From an uncultured Thermoplasmatales archaeon (lineage in GTDB: Archaea > Thermoplasmatota > E2 > DHVEG-1): DNA of 61,499 nt. Below are positions 49,159 to 59,090 of the stretch, piece after piece. The stretch spans positions 6,966-68,464 of the forward strand of contig CAZVKY010000001.1 in assembly GCA_964627915.1 (NCBI GenBank), read 5' to 3'. A model generated the notes under the pieces. The model did no database searches. It saw only the letters and a list, made by a program, of their open reading frames with translations, and was not told the origin of the DNA. Within the stretch, counting starts at the first letter, position 1; the number at the start of each line of letters is the position of its first letter. The position numbers and the translations under genes are program-made.

Positions 49159-50448
49159 ATGACATCAACTTCTATTTTTATTAGTCTGTCTGGTGTGTTG
49201 ATTGCTTTTGCTGCGATCGTGTTGATGATACGTAAACGGTATAATTTTGGGCTTTCTTTGATTGTTGGTTCTGGGATCGTAGCCATTTTTTCCTTAGCAG
49301 TTGCTCGTCCTGAGACTATTGGAAAGGCAGTGATTCAAGCGTTGATTTATAATGTTGATACCTCCTCTTTTCAATTTCAGACCATTGAATTGGCTGTTCT
49401 GATGACTCTTATCTATATGTTGGCTTCTTTAATGCAGGATACTGGTGCGATTGCTAAATTGATTGATAGTCTTCGTTCTTTTTTTTCAAAAGGAGGTACT
49501 ATTGGTCTTATTCCTGCTATTTATGGGTTGATGCCTGTTCCGGGTGGTGCTTTGTTTTCTGCTCCCATTGTGGATGAGGAGGGGGAAAAATTTGGTTTGA
49601 AGACGAATCAAAAAAACTATTTTAATATCTGGTTTCGTCATATCTGGTTTCCCGTGTATCCAATTTCTTCCACGATTTTGATTATGGCTGATTTAGCAAA
49701 TATCAATATGTATCATCTTATTCTGGCTAATTTGGTTGCTTTTTTTAGTATGATTCTTATTGGTTTTGTTTTTTTAAGACGGGTGAGTAAACTATGGAAA
49801 TTAAATAAAAATAATAATACTGATGAAAAGGTGATAAAACGTGATAGTAAGGGTTTTCTTTATCTATTGCCGCCAGTAGTTCCTTTGGTTTTCTCTGTGC
49901 TGACCTATGCGGGTTTTATTGATTTGTTTCCAGCATTTATTATTGGAGTGATCGTAAGCATTGCTTTGTTGTATGTTCTTTCTGATGTGGGTTTTTCTCA
50001 GTATAAACTATTTTGTAAGAATGCTTTGACCTGGAAACTTGCTGTAGTTATCATTGGTATCATGTTATTTAGAGAGATTTTTTCTGTTTCTGGAGCGAAT
50101 CAAGCTATTTTTTCTTTGCTTCAATTACTTCCTATCCCTATTCTTATCATTATCATTCTTTTTCCTTTTGTTCTTGGTGTGCTCACTGGTTATCTTCTCA
50201 GTGGGATTACACTTTCATATATCCTTGTTGAACCATGGTTTCATGTGATGTCAATGGATATTGTTGGAATTGTGAGTATTCTTTTTATGAGTGGATTTAT
50301 TGGCTATCTTATTTCTCCGATTCATCTATGTAACGTGTTAAGCAGTGAATATCTTAAAACAGATACCACTCGAATGTATAATCTATTGATTCCATCTGCT
50401 GTCGTTCTTCTTTTTATTCATATCATATTTGTTATTTTATTGTATTGA
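49159..50448 (+). CDS. DUF401-family polytopic membrane protein
   Basis: 429 aa, about 10-12 TM. MPVPGGALFSAP block recalled from DUF401. Confidence 0.65.
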   Translation: MTSTSIFISLSGVLIAFAAIVLMIRKRYNFGLSLIVGSGIVAIFSLAVARPETIGKAVIQALIYNVDTSSFQFQTIELAVLMTLIYMLASLMQDTGAIAKLIDSLRSFFSKGGTIGLIPAIYGLMPVPGGALFSAPIVDEEGEKFGLKTNQKNYFNIWFRHIWFPVYPISSTILIMADLANINMYHLILANLVAFFSMILIGFVFLRRVSKLWKLNKNNNTDEKVIKRDSKGFLYLLPPVVPLVFSVLTYAGFIDLFPAFIIGVIVSIALLYVLSDVGFSQYKLFCKNALTWKLAVVIIGIMLFREIFSVSGANQAIFSLLQLLPIPILIIIILFPFVLGVLTGYLLSGITLSYILVEPWFHVMSMDIVGIVSILFMSGFIGYLISPIHLCNVLSSEYLKTDTTRMYNLLIPSAVVLLFIHIIFVILLY

Positions 50449-50454
50449 TGGTTA

Positions 50455-52101
50455 GTGAATAAGATTTTTAAAAGCAAAACACCTTCAACAGTTGCTATGA
50501 ATCAATCCCAGTTTGTAGATCAGATTCAAAATCCCGCCACTTATGGGTATGATGCTTCAACAGATCTAGAGATGATTCAAACTCATATTTCATTTGTTAT
50601 TTTGGTTGATGACTATGCGTTTAAGATCAAACAACCAGTTGATTTTGGGTTTCTTGATTTTTCAACGCTAGAGAAAAGAAAATGGTATTGTAAGGAGGAA
50701 ATCCGGTTAAATAGACGGTTATGCCCTGATATTTATGACTCTGTGGTATCCTTTACAGAGACTGATGATGAAAAACTAACTATTAACGGAAATGGAAAAA
50801 TTGTTGAATATGCGGTGAAAATGCATCGATTTGATCAAAACAAGTTAATGAATGAATTATTAAAAAAAGAAAAGGTTACCAAAACTCACATTGAAAATAT
50901 CGCTGATATCTTAGTAGATTTCTATGAGTCACAATCTTTCTCTGAAACAATAAATGAGTATGGTTCTGTTGAATCAGTGAAACAAAACGTTATGGAAAAC
51001 TTTGAGCAAACAGCATCAGTTATCGATGTAACTATTTCAAAGGAGACGTATAATTTTATAAAACAAACAAATAAAGAATTTTTTAAGTATCATCACTCTG
51101 TTTTAGATCATCGGAAGAAGAATAAATATATCTTTGATTGTCATGGTGATTTACATTCAGGAAATATTGTGATTGATGAAGATGGTATCTGTATTTTTGA
51201 TTGTATTGAATTCAATAAACGCTTCCGATATATTGATGTTGCATCTGATATTGGTTTTTTAGCCATGGATTTGGATGTTAATAATCATCCCTTTCTTTCG
51301 AGTCATCTCATTCTGGATTATGTGGAGAAAAGTCATGATAACAGTTTGTTTGATGTGTTGAATTTTTATAAATCATATCGAGCCTATGTCCGAGGAAAAG
51401 TAATTGGTTTTCAGCTTGCTGATGAACAAATCACTCAAGAGAAACGACAGTCAATTATTGCTACTGCCAAAAAATATTTTGCATTAGCTGAGTATTTCAC
51501 AAGGTTATTTCATCTTCAATATACGAAAGATCAACCAGTGTTGTTTCTGATTAGTGGTTTAACAGGAACAGGTAAATCAACATTTGCATCAAAACTTGCC
51601 GTGGATTATCATGCGACTTCATTAAACACGGATATTATTCGAAAGGATCTGGCTGGTATTGACCGTTTCGAACGGCATCATGATGAACCAGACAGCGGCT
51701 TATATGCTCCAGAACGAGTGAAAGAAACCTATGAAAAACTCCTGGAACGAGCAGAAGGGTTGTTACAACAAAATGATTCAGTTGTTCTTGATGCAACGTT
51801 TCAAAAACGATGTTACCGTGAACAAGCAGAAAAACTTGCAGAGGAAAACAATGCTTTTTTTATCCCCATTGAATGTATCTGCCCGGAAAATATCGCTGCT
51901 CAATGGTTACAGGAGCGATTAAAACAGAAAACAGTTTCAGATGGTCGATGGGAGATTTATCAACAACAGAAAAAAACCTTTGAATCATTTAATGAACAGG
52001 AGAATCATATCATTATTGATATGGCAAATGATGATTATGACTATCGATTACAAAAATTTGAAGAGATATTATCATGGATGTATCATGGTGAGAAACCATG
52101 A
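50455..52101 (+). CDS. fusion of aminoglycoside-phosphotransferase-like kinase domain and P-loop kinase/ATPase domain
   Basis: CHGDLHSGNIVI...IFDCIEF (Brenner/DxD kinase motifs), then SGLTGTGKST Walker A. GTG start. Confidence 0.7.
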   Translation: MNKIFKSKTPSTVAMNQSQFVDQIQNPATYGYDASTDLEMIQTHISFVILVDDYAFKIKQPVDFGFLDFSTLEKRKWYCKEEIRLNRRLCPDIYDSVVSFTETDDEKLTINGNGKIVEYAVKMHRFDQNKLMNELLKKEKVTKTHIENIADILVDFYESQSFSETINEYGSVESVKQNVMENFEQTASVIDVTISKETYNFIKQTNKEFFKYHHSVLDHRKKNKYIFDCHGDLHSGNIVIDEDGICIFDCIEFNKRFRYIDVASDIGFLAMDLDVNNHPFLSSHLILDYVEKSHDNSLFDVLNFYKSYRAYVRGKVIGFQLADEQITQEKRQSIIATAKKYFALAEYFTRLFHLQYTKDQPVLFLISGLTGTGKSTFASKLAVDYHATSLNTDIIRKDLAGIDRFERHHDEPDSGLYAPERVKETYEKLLERAEGLLQQNDSVVLDATFQKRCYREQAEKLAEENNAFFIPIECICPENIAAQWLQERLKQKTVSDGRWEIYQQQKKTFESFNEQENHIIIDMANDDYDYRLQKFEEILSWMYHGEKP

Positions 52102-53123
52102 ATATTTCTGGGTATTCTCTTGTTTTTGATGAGGTGCTAAAAAAGATAAAGAAACATAATTGGGAACGTATCCTCCTTCAAATCCCGGAGGGCATTAAAC
52201 ATAAAGCATTTGAGATTTCAGATTATATCGAACAACAAACCGGGGCAGACTGTTTTATTCATATTGATCCCTGTTATGGATCATGTGATTTGATTCCTAC
52301 TGATTATGTAACATCATTAATGGCGGATGCAGTCATTCAACTGGGTCATCTTCCCATCCCCTCAGTATCACAGAACAAGACGATTCCCTATTTTTTTGTC
52401 AATGTCTTATCCAATCAACAGGTCCTTGAAATCGTGAAAAAAGCACTCACAGATATTGAAGGAAAAAACATTGGCCTTGTTACCACGGCCCAACATATTC
52501 ATCTATTGGATGATATGGTCTCAGTAGTAAAAAAACATGGTTTTAACCCAATTGTTTCTAATGGTGATAATCGAATTTTTACCAAAGGTCAAATCCTTGG
52601 CTGTAACTTTTCTGTAGGAAAAACATCCAAAGATATTGTTGATTCCTTTTTGTTTGTAGGAAGTGGATTATTTCATCCTATCGGGCTTCTTCTGTCTGTG
52701 AAAAAACCTGTTGTGGTTGCTGATCCCTATACTAAGCAGGTGAAAAAAGAGGAATTACTGGATTTAAAAGATACCATTCTTCGGCAACGATATGGTGCTA
52801 TTGCCCATGCGCAAAGTGCTCAATCATTTGGAGTTTTAATTGGTTTGAAACCAGGTCAGATGAGAAGAGAATTAGCTGAAAGCATTCATAGGATGCTTTT
52901 GAAAAACAAAAAACAGGCTCATTTGTTAACCGTTACTCATATAAATCCATCATATCTTGAAGGTTTTTTATCTATTGATTGTTTTGTTTCAACATTATGC
53001 CCACGGGTTGCTATTGATGATTATGTGCAATATAAAACACCAATTATTACCCCGGTTGAATTAGAAATTGTACTAGGAAAACGATCCTGGGATGAGTATG
53101 TATTTGATGAAATCATTGCTTGA
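52098..53123 (+). CDS. dph2: 2-(3-amino-3-carboxypropyl)histidine synthase (diphthamide synthesis)
   Basis: ILLQIPEGIK..., conserved Cys spacing (CYGSCD, LGCNF, CPR). ATGA overlap with the upstream gene. Confidence 0.8.
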   Translation: MNISGYSLVFDEVLKKIKKHNWERILLQIPEGIKHKAFEISDYIEQQTGADCFIHIDPCYGSCDLIPTDYVTSLMADAVIQLGHLPIPSVSQNKTIPYFFVNVLSNQQVLEIVKKALTDIEGKNIGLVTTAQHIHLLDDMVSVVKKHGFNPIVSNGDNRIFTKGQILGCNFSVGKTSKDIVDSFLFVGSGLFHPIGLLLSVKKPVVVADPYTKQVKKEELLDLKDTILRQRYGAIAHAQSAQSFGVLIGLKPGQMRRELAESIHRMLLKNKKQAHLLTVTHINPSYLEGFLSIDCFVSTLCPRVAIDDYVQYKTPIITPVELEIVLGKRSWDEYVFDEIIA

Positions 53124-53138
53124 ATACAAAAAATGAAG

Positions 53139-53213
53139 TGGGCGAGGCCAGATTCGAACTGGCGACCTCCCGGTTATCAGCCGGGTGCTCCAACCAAGCT
53201 AAGCTACACGCCC
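53139..53213 (-). tRNA. tRNA-Ile (anticodon GAU)
   Basis: Manual cloverleaf: GGGCGUG/UA/GCUU-AGCUUGGUUG-GAGC/A/CCCGG-CUGAUAA-CCGGG/AGGUC/GCCAG-UUCGAAU-CUGGC/CUCGCCC/A. No encoded CCA. Confidence 0.85.
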
Positions 53214-53240
53214 CTATGCCATCCACGTAACACACTTTTC

Positions 53241-53249
53241 CTATAAAAA
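53241..53249 (-). promoter_or_regulatory. TATA-box candidate for tRNA-Ile
   Basis: Minus-strand TTTTTATAG lies about 28-36 nt upstream of the tRNA 5' end, the expected archaeal spacing. Confidence 0.35.
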
Positions 53250-53330
53250 CTTAAGTTCAACCATGATCATTTTCGTTGAAAAGGTTTTTATGAGTGATTT
53301 TATTCCTGCTTAAAAAAAAGGTGTAAAACA

Positions 53331-53939
53331 ATGGCTAAAACTACTGCAAAAACAAGTGTGACAACATCAGAGGCATTACTTCCGGCTGAACCGGCGGCTC
53401 TTGGACTCATTGGTTTAGCTGTTGCAGCCTTTGTTATTGGATCAGGTTATCTTGGGTTGACTTCAGGTATTGATAAATTATTGATGGTTCCCTGGATATT
53501 GTTTTTTGGAGCAAGTGCTCAGTTAGTGGCTGGAATAATGGAATTTAAACGAAATAATATCTTTGGTGCTACTGTATTTACCACATATGCAATGACCATG
53601 TATGCAATTGCTTTTACCCTATTGTTTAGTATCTTTGGTGGGGTAACTTTTGATATTGCTCATTATGCATTTGGTCTTATTACAATTCTCATTTTTAGTC
53701 TCATTGCCACGGTTGCTTCGCTGATGACAAATAAAGTGCTTTTTAGTATTCTCGTTGTTGTTGATATCGCAGTTGTCGGATTAATCCCCCATTATCTAAC
53801 TGGTGCGTCCTCAATTGTTGGTGGTATCTTTTTAATGGCAACATCAGTGTTATCATTTTATGCTGCAGCATCCGTTCTTATCAACACCATGGCAGGTAAA
53901 ACTATTTTTCCATTGGGAGGACCCATATGGAAACCATAA
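53331..53939 (+). CDS. GPR1/FUN34/YaaH (SatP) family acetate/succinate channel
   Basis: LPAEPAALGLIGLAVAAF (NPAPLGL-like signature), six TM, 202 aa. Confidence 0.8.
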   Translation: MAKTTAKTSVTTSEALLPAEPAALGLIGLAVAAFVIGSGYLGLTSGIDKLLMVPWILFFGASAQLVAGIMEFKRNNIFGATVFTTYAMTMYAIAFTLLFSIFGGVTFDIAHYAFGLITILIFSLIATVASLMTNKVLFSILVVVDIAVVGLIPHYLTGASSIVGGIFLMATSVLSFYAAASVLINTMAGKTIFPLGGPIWKP

Positions 53940-53991
53940 ACTATTTCAAATGATATTTTTTTCTCTTTCTCAATTTATTCTTTTTCATCTT

Positions 53992-54064
53992 GGGCCCGTG
54001 GGGTAGCTTGGTATCCTTCTACCTCGGGGAGGTAGTAACCCGAGTTCAAATCTCGGCGGGCCCA
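53992..54064 (+). tRNA. tRNA-Pro (anticodon GGG by 7-nt loop numbering; atypical C33)
   Basis: GGGCCCG/.../CUACC-UCGGGGA-GGUAG/UAAC/CCGAG-UUCAAAU-CUCGG/CGGGCCC/A. Acceptor and D arm look like archaeal tRNA-Pro. No encoded CCA. Confidence 0.8.
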
Positions 54065-54088
54065 TCAATGGTTTCTCTCAAGTGATTT

Positions 54089-54122
54089 AGTTAGATGGTT
54101 AACGTTGTATCTAACTTTTTTT
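54089..54122 (+). terminator. hairpin plus T-tract after tRNA-Pro
   Basis: agttagat (54089-54096) pairs with atctaact (54109-54116), 12-nt loop, followed by ttttttt. Confidence 0.4.
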
Positions 54123-54163
54123 AAGATGCAAATAGCTATAAAAAGTGATAACTCTATAAATGA

Positions 54164-54538
54164 ATGCTTATGAGAAACAGTGTCAAATATTTTTTGTTCA
54201 TGTTAGATGAACTTCTTGCTGCTGCAGGTGTTCTAATAGTGCTTTTTTATTTTGATGTTCCTTTTGAAATAATTAGTAGTGTAATTGTTTTACTAGTAGT
54301 TTTACTTGTCTTTGTCAGTTATGTATTTCTTCCTCAGTTAAAACAACCCGTGACCGGAAGTGAAGGATTAATTGGGTCAAAAGCAGTGGCATTGGAATCA
54401 TTTGATGATGGGGGGAGAGTTTTTGTTCATGGTGAACAGTGGAGAGCGGTAACACATGGTAAGTCTGTGAAAAAAGATGATATTGTTTTGGTAACAGAGA
54501 TAAATGGATTGACATTAACAATTGAAAAAATAGATTAA
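54164..54538 (+). CDS. NfeD-family protein (short form: two TM + OB-fold)
   Basis: Two N-terminal TM helices, then GRVFVHGEQWRAVT...DIVLVTEINGLTLTIE OB-like C-terminus. Confidence 0.7.
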   Translation: MLMRNSVKYFLFMLDELLAAAGVLIVLFYFDVPFEIISSVIVLLVVLLVFVSYVFLPQLKQPVTGSEGLIGSKAVALESFDDGGRVFVHGEQWRAVTHGKSVKKDDIVLVTEINGLTLTIEKID

Positions 54539-54554
54539 AAATCTGATTGAAAGC

Positions 54555-55778
<1,224 letters not shown>

Positions 55779-55798
55779 TTAAATGTTTTCTTATTTGA

Positions 55799-56485
55799 AT
55801 GATAAATGAACTCTTATGGATTGGTTTACTTTTGTTGAGTTTCCTCATTGTTATTTTTTCCTATCGGCTTTTTGGAAAGACTGGATTATATGTTTGGACA
55901 GCAATTGTGGTGATTCTTGCTAATATCCAGGTGATGAAAACTGTGGAGATTTTTGGTTTGGTCACTGCTCTGGGCACTGTGATTTATTCTTCATTGTTTT
56001 TAGTGACCGATATTTTAAATGAGAATCATTCAAAGAAGGATGCACAAAAATCTGTTTGGATTGGTTTTTTTGTTTTACTGGTTACTACAGTTATCATGCA
56101 GATAACCTTGTTTTTTGTTCCTCATGAATCTTCGCTTACGATGAGTGAGGATATTGCTGCAGTGTTTTCTGTGCTTCCACGCATTGCTTTTGCAAGTATC
56201 ATAGCGTATTTGATTTCCCAGACTCATGATGTCTGGTTTTTTAATCGGTTAAAGAAAAAACAAAAGAAAAATCAGTTATGGTTGAGAAATAATCTTTCTA
56301 CGATACTCAGTCAGCTGATTGATAATACGGTGTTTACCCTTGTTGCTTTTGTTGGTGTTTTTTCTTGGGGTATTATCATTCAGATTTTTTTTGTTTCCAT
56401 TATCATGAAAGTTGTGGTCGCTTTTTGTGATACACCATTTGTGTATTGGGCTCGAGTGCTTAAACCAAAAAAAATTGATCATTAA
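55799..56485 (+). CDS. yhhQ: YhhQ/DUF165-family queuosine-precursor transporter
   Basis: 228 aa, 6 TM. HDVWFFNRLKK...LWLRNNLSTILSQLIDNTVFTLVAF matches the DUF165 signature as I recall it. Confidence 0.8.
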   Translation: MINELLWIGLLLLSFLIVIFSYRLFGKTGLYVWTAIVVILANIQVMKTVEIFGLVTALGTVIYSSLFLVTDILNENHSKKDAQKSVWIGFFVLLVTTVIMQITLFFVPHESSLTMSEDIAAVFSVLPRIAFASIIAYLISQTHDVWFFNRLKKKQKKNQLWLRNNLSTILSQLIDNTVFTLVAFVGVFSWGIIIQIFFVSIIMKVVVAFCDTPFVYWARVLKPKKIDH

Positions 56486-56580
56486 TAGCATACTTTATTT
56501 GAAAAAAAACAAATATTCGCCATATTTTTATGATAAATTATATAAACAATTGAATTTTTGTTAAAGTTGGAGGAAATATT

Positions 56581-57225
56581 ATGAGAAAAATGATTATTAT
56601 GGGGGTTAGTGTTTTTGTAATCATTGGATTAGCTGGTATGACTTCTGCCCATGTTCCATATATTGAACGCAATGATTATTCTGAGGAACATCCATTTTAT
56701 GTGTGGAAAATGATTGAGAAGTCAAAGGCATTTTATGCCTGGTTAGAAAATACTGATAATAATGTTGGTGATGATATTGATGTGTATAAGATCACCGTGG
56801 GGAACAGACCCGTGAATATCTATGTGGAATTGATTGTGCCGGTGGCCAATGGTTTTTATGAGGATTTTGTTCCTTGGTATGCATTGGTTGGTCCTGGTTT
56901 ACCAGAGTTGAATCAATCATTTCCTTTTGATGTTCCTGAAGGGTGTGGTGGTTTGGTAATGGAAAATGTGTTACCCGGGATGCCACGAGAAACATTTTTT
57001 GAACCTTTTGGTGGAAAATCCTATTATAAAGGCCCTATTTTGGATGTAAATATTTCTCAATCGGGTACCTATTTTATTTATTGCTGGGATCCCTATGAGA
57101 TGGGTGGGGATTATGTTTTGGTTATTGGCAAGGGTGAATTCTTTGGACCTATTGATATCATCAGAGGATTGATTAACACCGTGATTATCCGGCAGGATAA
57201 GGAATTACATGTTCCCTTAATCTAA
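56581..57225 (+). CDS. secreted hypothetical protein (predicted mature N-terminus His)
   Basis: Signal peptide MRKMIIMGVSVFVIIGLAGMTSA|HVPYIE. Internal DDIDVYKITV...VNIYVEL resembles a pre-peptidase C-terminal-like beta motif. Confidence 0.6.
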   Translation: MRKMIIMGVSVFVIIGLAGMTSAHVPYIERNDYSEEHPFYVWKMIEKSKAFYAWLENTDNNVGDDIDVYKITVGNRPVNIYVELIVPVANGFYEDFVPWYALVGPGLPELNQSFPFDVPEGCGGLVMENVLPGMPRETFFEPFGGKSYYKGPILDVNISQSGTYFIYCWDPYEMGGDYVLVIGKGEFFGPIDIIRGLINTVIIRQDKELHVPLI

Positions 57226-57251
57226 GTAAATGAGAGAAGAAAAGAAACAAG

Positions 57252-58082
57252 TTAATACTGGATGTGTTGGGTGAACCAGTTGAGAATGTCCAGATTGTAA
57301 GCTGAAATCCAGATATGTCCTTGCGATGGTTCAATAAGTATTTGTGTTTCAACGGAAGAATTTCTAAGATCTTGATAATAATTGGTTGCACATTGAACGG
57401 AAACGAGTTGATCTTTTTGACCATGGAGAAGAATCGTTGGTGGATGATCTGTGGATAGCTTAAATGAGGTATTCATATCAAATACAGGACCGCGTGAGGT
57501 TAGAGTAATACTATCAGCGTTACATCCTGAATTAACCGCGATGGCATCAAAGAGATGTTCACAGTTTAACGCTAGTCGACTGCACATGAAAGCACCTGAT
57601 GAAAACCCAGCACAGAATAGATGATTGGTGTTTACCTGCAGTTGACTTTCATTCAACCAGGATACGATTGATTGCACATAACGTATATCATTGTTTTCTG
57701 AGTTGTTTGTGGTAAATACATCCCATGCTCGTGGACCGGGTCGAATCGGTCGATTTGATTCAAGCATGATAAGAAAGAAACCATTATCTAATGCTTCAGT
57801 GGCGAAGCTCATCTGGTTTTTGTTCCATTTGTTTAGTCCGATCAACCAAGAAAACGCATGTTGACTTGCTCCATGAAATAAAAAAATAATAGGATATCCT
57901 TCTGCTGATGGTTGCTGTGTTGGTTGTATGTATAGAACGAATCGTCCATAAATAAAAGTGAAATGAACATGATTAAGAGGAGTTGATGTTGGATCTGCTT
58001 GTATGTGTGTTAGCGATGCTTGTTGGAGGGGAAGAATCAAAATAATGAGTATTGCCACTATGATGGAGGATGGTTTTTTCAT
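57252..58082 (-). CDS. secreted alpha/beta-hydrolase esterase (PHB-depolymerase-like family)
   Basis: Signal peptide, LFHGASQ, nucleophile elbow GFSSGAFM, LLHGQKDQLV, SQGH. Confidence 0.7.
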   Translation of the reverse strand: MKKPSSIIVAILIILILPLQQASLTHIQADPTSTPLNHVHFTFIYGRFVLYIQPTQQPSAEGYPIIFLFHGASQHAFSWLIGLNKWNKNQMSFATEALDNGFFLIMLESNRPIRPGPRAWDVFTTNNSENNDIRYVQSIVSWLNESQLQVNTNHLFCAGFSSGAFMCSRLALNCEHLFDAIAVNSGCNADSITLTSRGPVFDMNTSFKLSTDHPPTILLHGQKDQLVSVQCATNYYQDLRNSSVETQILIEPSQGHIWISAYNLDILNWFTQHIQY

Positions 58083-58273
58083 TTATGTTTTCCTTTTATT
58101 ATGAGGTTGTTATCATTTAAATCACTTGGGATGTTTATCGCTTTTTTCTTCAAAGGAAAATGAGTGCGGTATGGTTTTGTTGAATGAAAATGATTCCTGG
58201 TTCTAATACAAAAACAAAGATTTTTTATTGGTGTCATCATTGGGTCCTTAAATGAAAAGATGGTGAATACGCT

Positions 58274-58417
58274 ATGAAAAAATATGCAACTATTGTTTTA
58301 CCCCGAGAACTAAAGCAAGATGCTGTGCAAGATATTCAAAGAATGAAACGAGAAATTGAAGAGAAATATGATCTTGAGATAGAGGTTATCATTGAGGAAG
58401 GAAAACATCGAGAATAA
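58274..58417 (+). CDS. candidate 47-aa micro-protein
   Basis: Manual translation MKKYATIVLPRELKQDAVQDIQRMKREIEEKYDLEIEVIIEEGKHRE*. GGTGA about 8 nt upstream of the ATG. Confidence 0.25.
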   Translation: MKKYATIVLPRELKQDAVQDIQRMKREIEEKYDLEIEVIIEEGKHRE

Positions 58418-58793
58418 TTTTTTATCAAATCTTTTTTTCCATTGATGGTTTGAAAGAATATATCCAAAAATTGTATTAATTTTGATAAGAGCCGTCAATG
58501 AAGACTTATTAAAGAGAAGTAACAGAAAGTGTTGTTCATTGGTGAAACATCGATGACAGATAATAATGAGGATGTATGGTTTATCAATAAAGGTGGCATT
58601 GGGATTTACACAAAAAAAAGTAACCTTGCGTTTCGTTCAATGCAGAATGGTCATAAAATCAAACGGATAAAAAAGAAACCACATATTTTTTATTTTCATG
58701 TTTCTGCATAATTTTTTGATACAAATTTAAGATTTGTTGATGACAAGCTTTTATAAACAAAGAATTGATAGTTGGATGTATAGGTAATGGCTG

Positions 58794-58976
58794 ATGAATT
58801 CATCTCATGATTCAATATTTGCCCTTCCGTTAGCGGTTATTGGGTTTATGCTTATTATTGCTACCGGCATGGATTTGATTCTAGGAAACTATAAAATCCC
58901 TATGGTGGTTTCTTTTATTGGACTTGCTTGTCTTATCTTAGCGATTTATCTACGGAAACGAAAGCTTGGTTCATAA
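58794..58976 (+). CDS. small two-TM membrane protein
   Basis: 60 aa, two hydrophobic segments, basic C-terminus. Confidence 0.35.
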   Translation: MNSSHDSIFALPLAVIGFMLIIATGMDLILGNYKIPMVVSFIGLACLILAIYLRKRKLGS

Positions 58977-59090
58977 TACCTCTTTCTTTCGGTTTTTTTT
59001 TAATCAAATCTTCTCAGATGAATTGTACTATATAGGAGGCAATCTTTCGAAATAAATATATACAAGCATTATATTGTGCTGCGGATACAT

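Noticed and set aside
53139-54122. tRNA-Ile / satP / tRNA-Pro arrangement considered as an integration hotspot or genomic islet.
   Set aside because: No integrase, no duplicated tRNA 3' segment and no obvious compositional shift. satP looks like an ordinary chromosomal gene.
58310-58711. 62-aa minus-strand ORF and 60-aa plus-strand ORF in the weakly coding region.
   Set aside because: No start context, odd composition, and the first is antisense to a better-supported micro-ORF. They are kept only as part of the low-coding-region finding.
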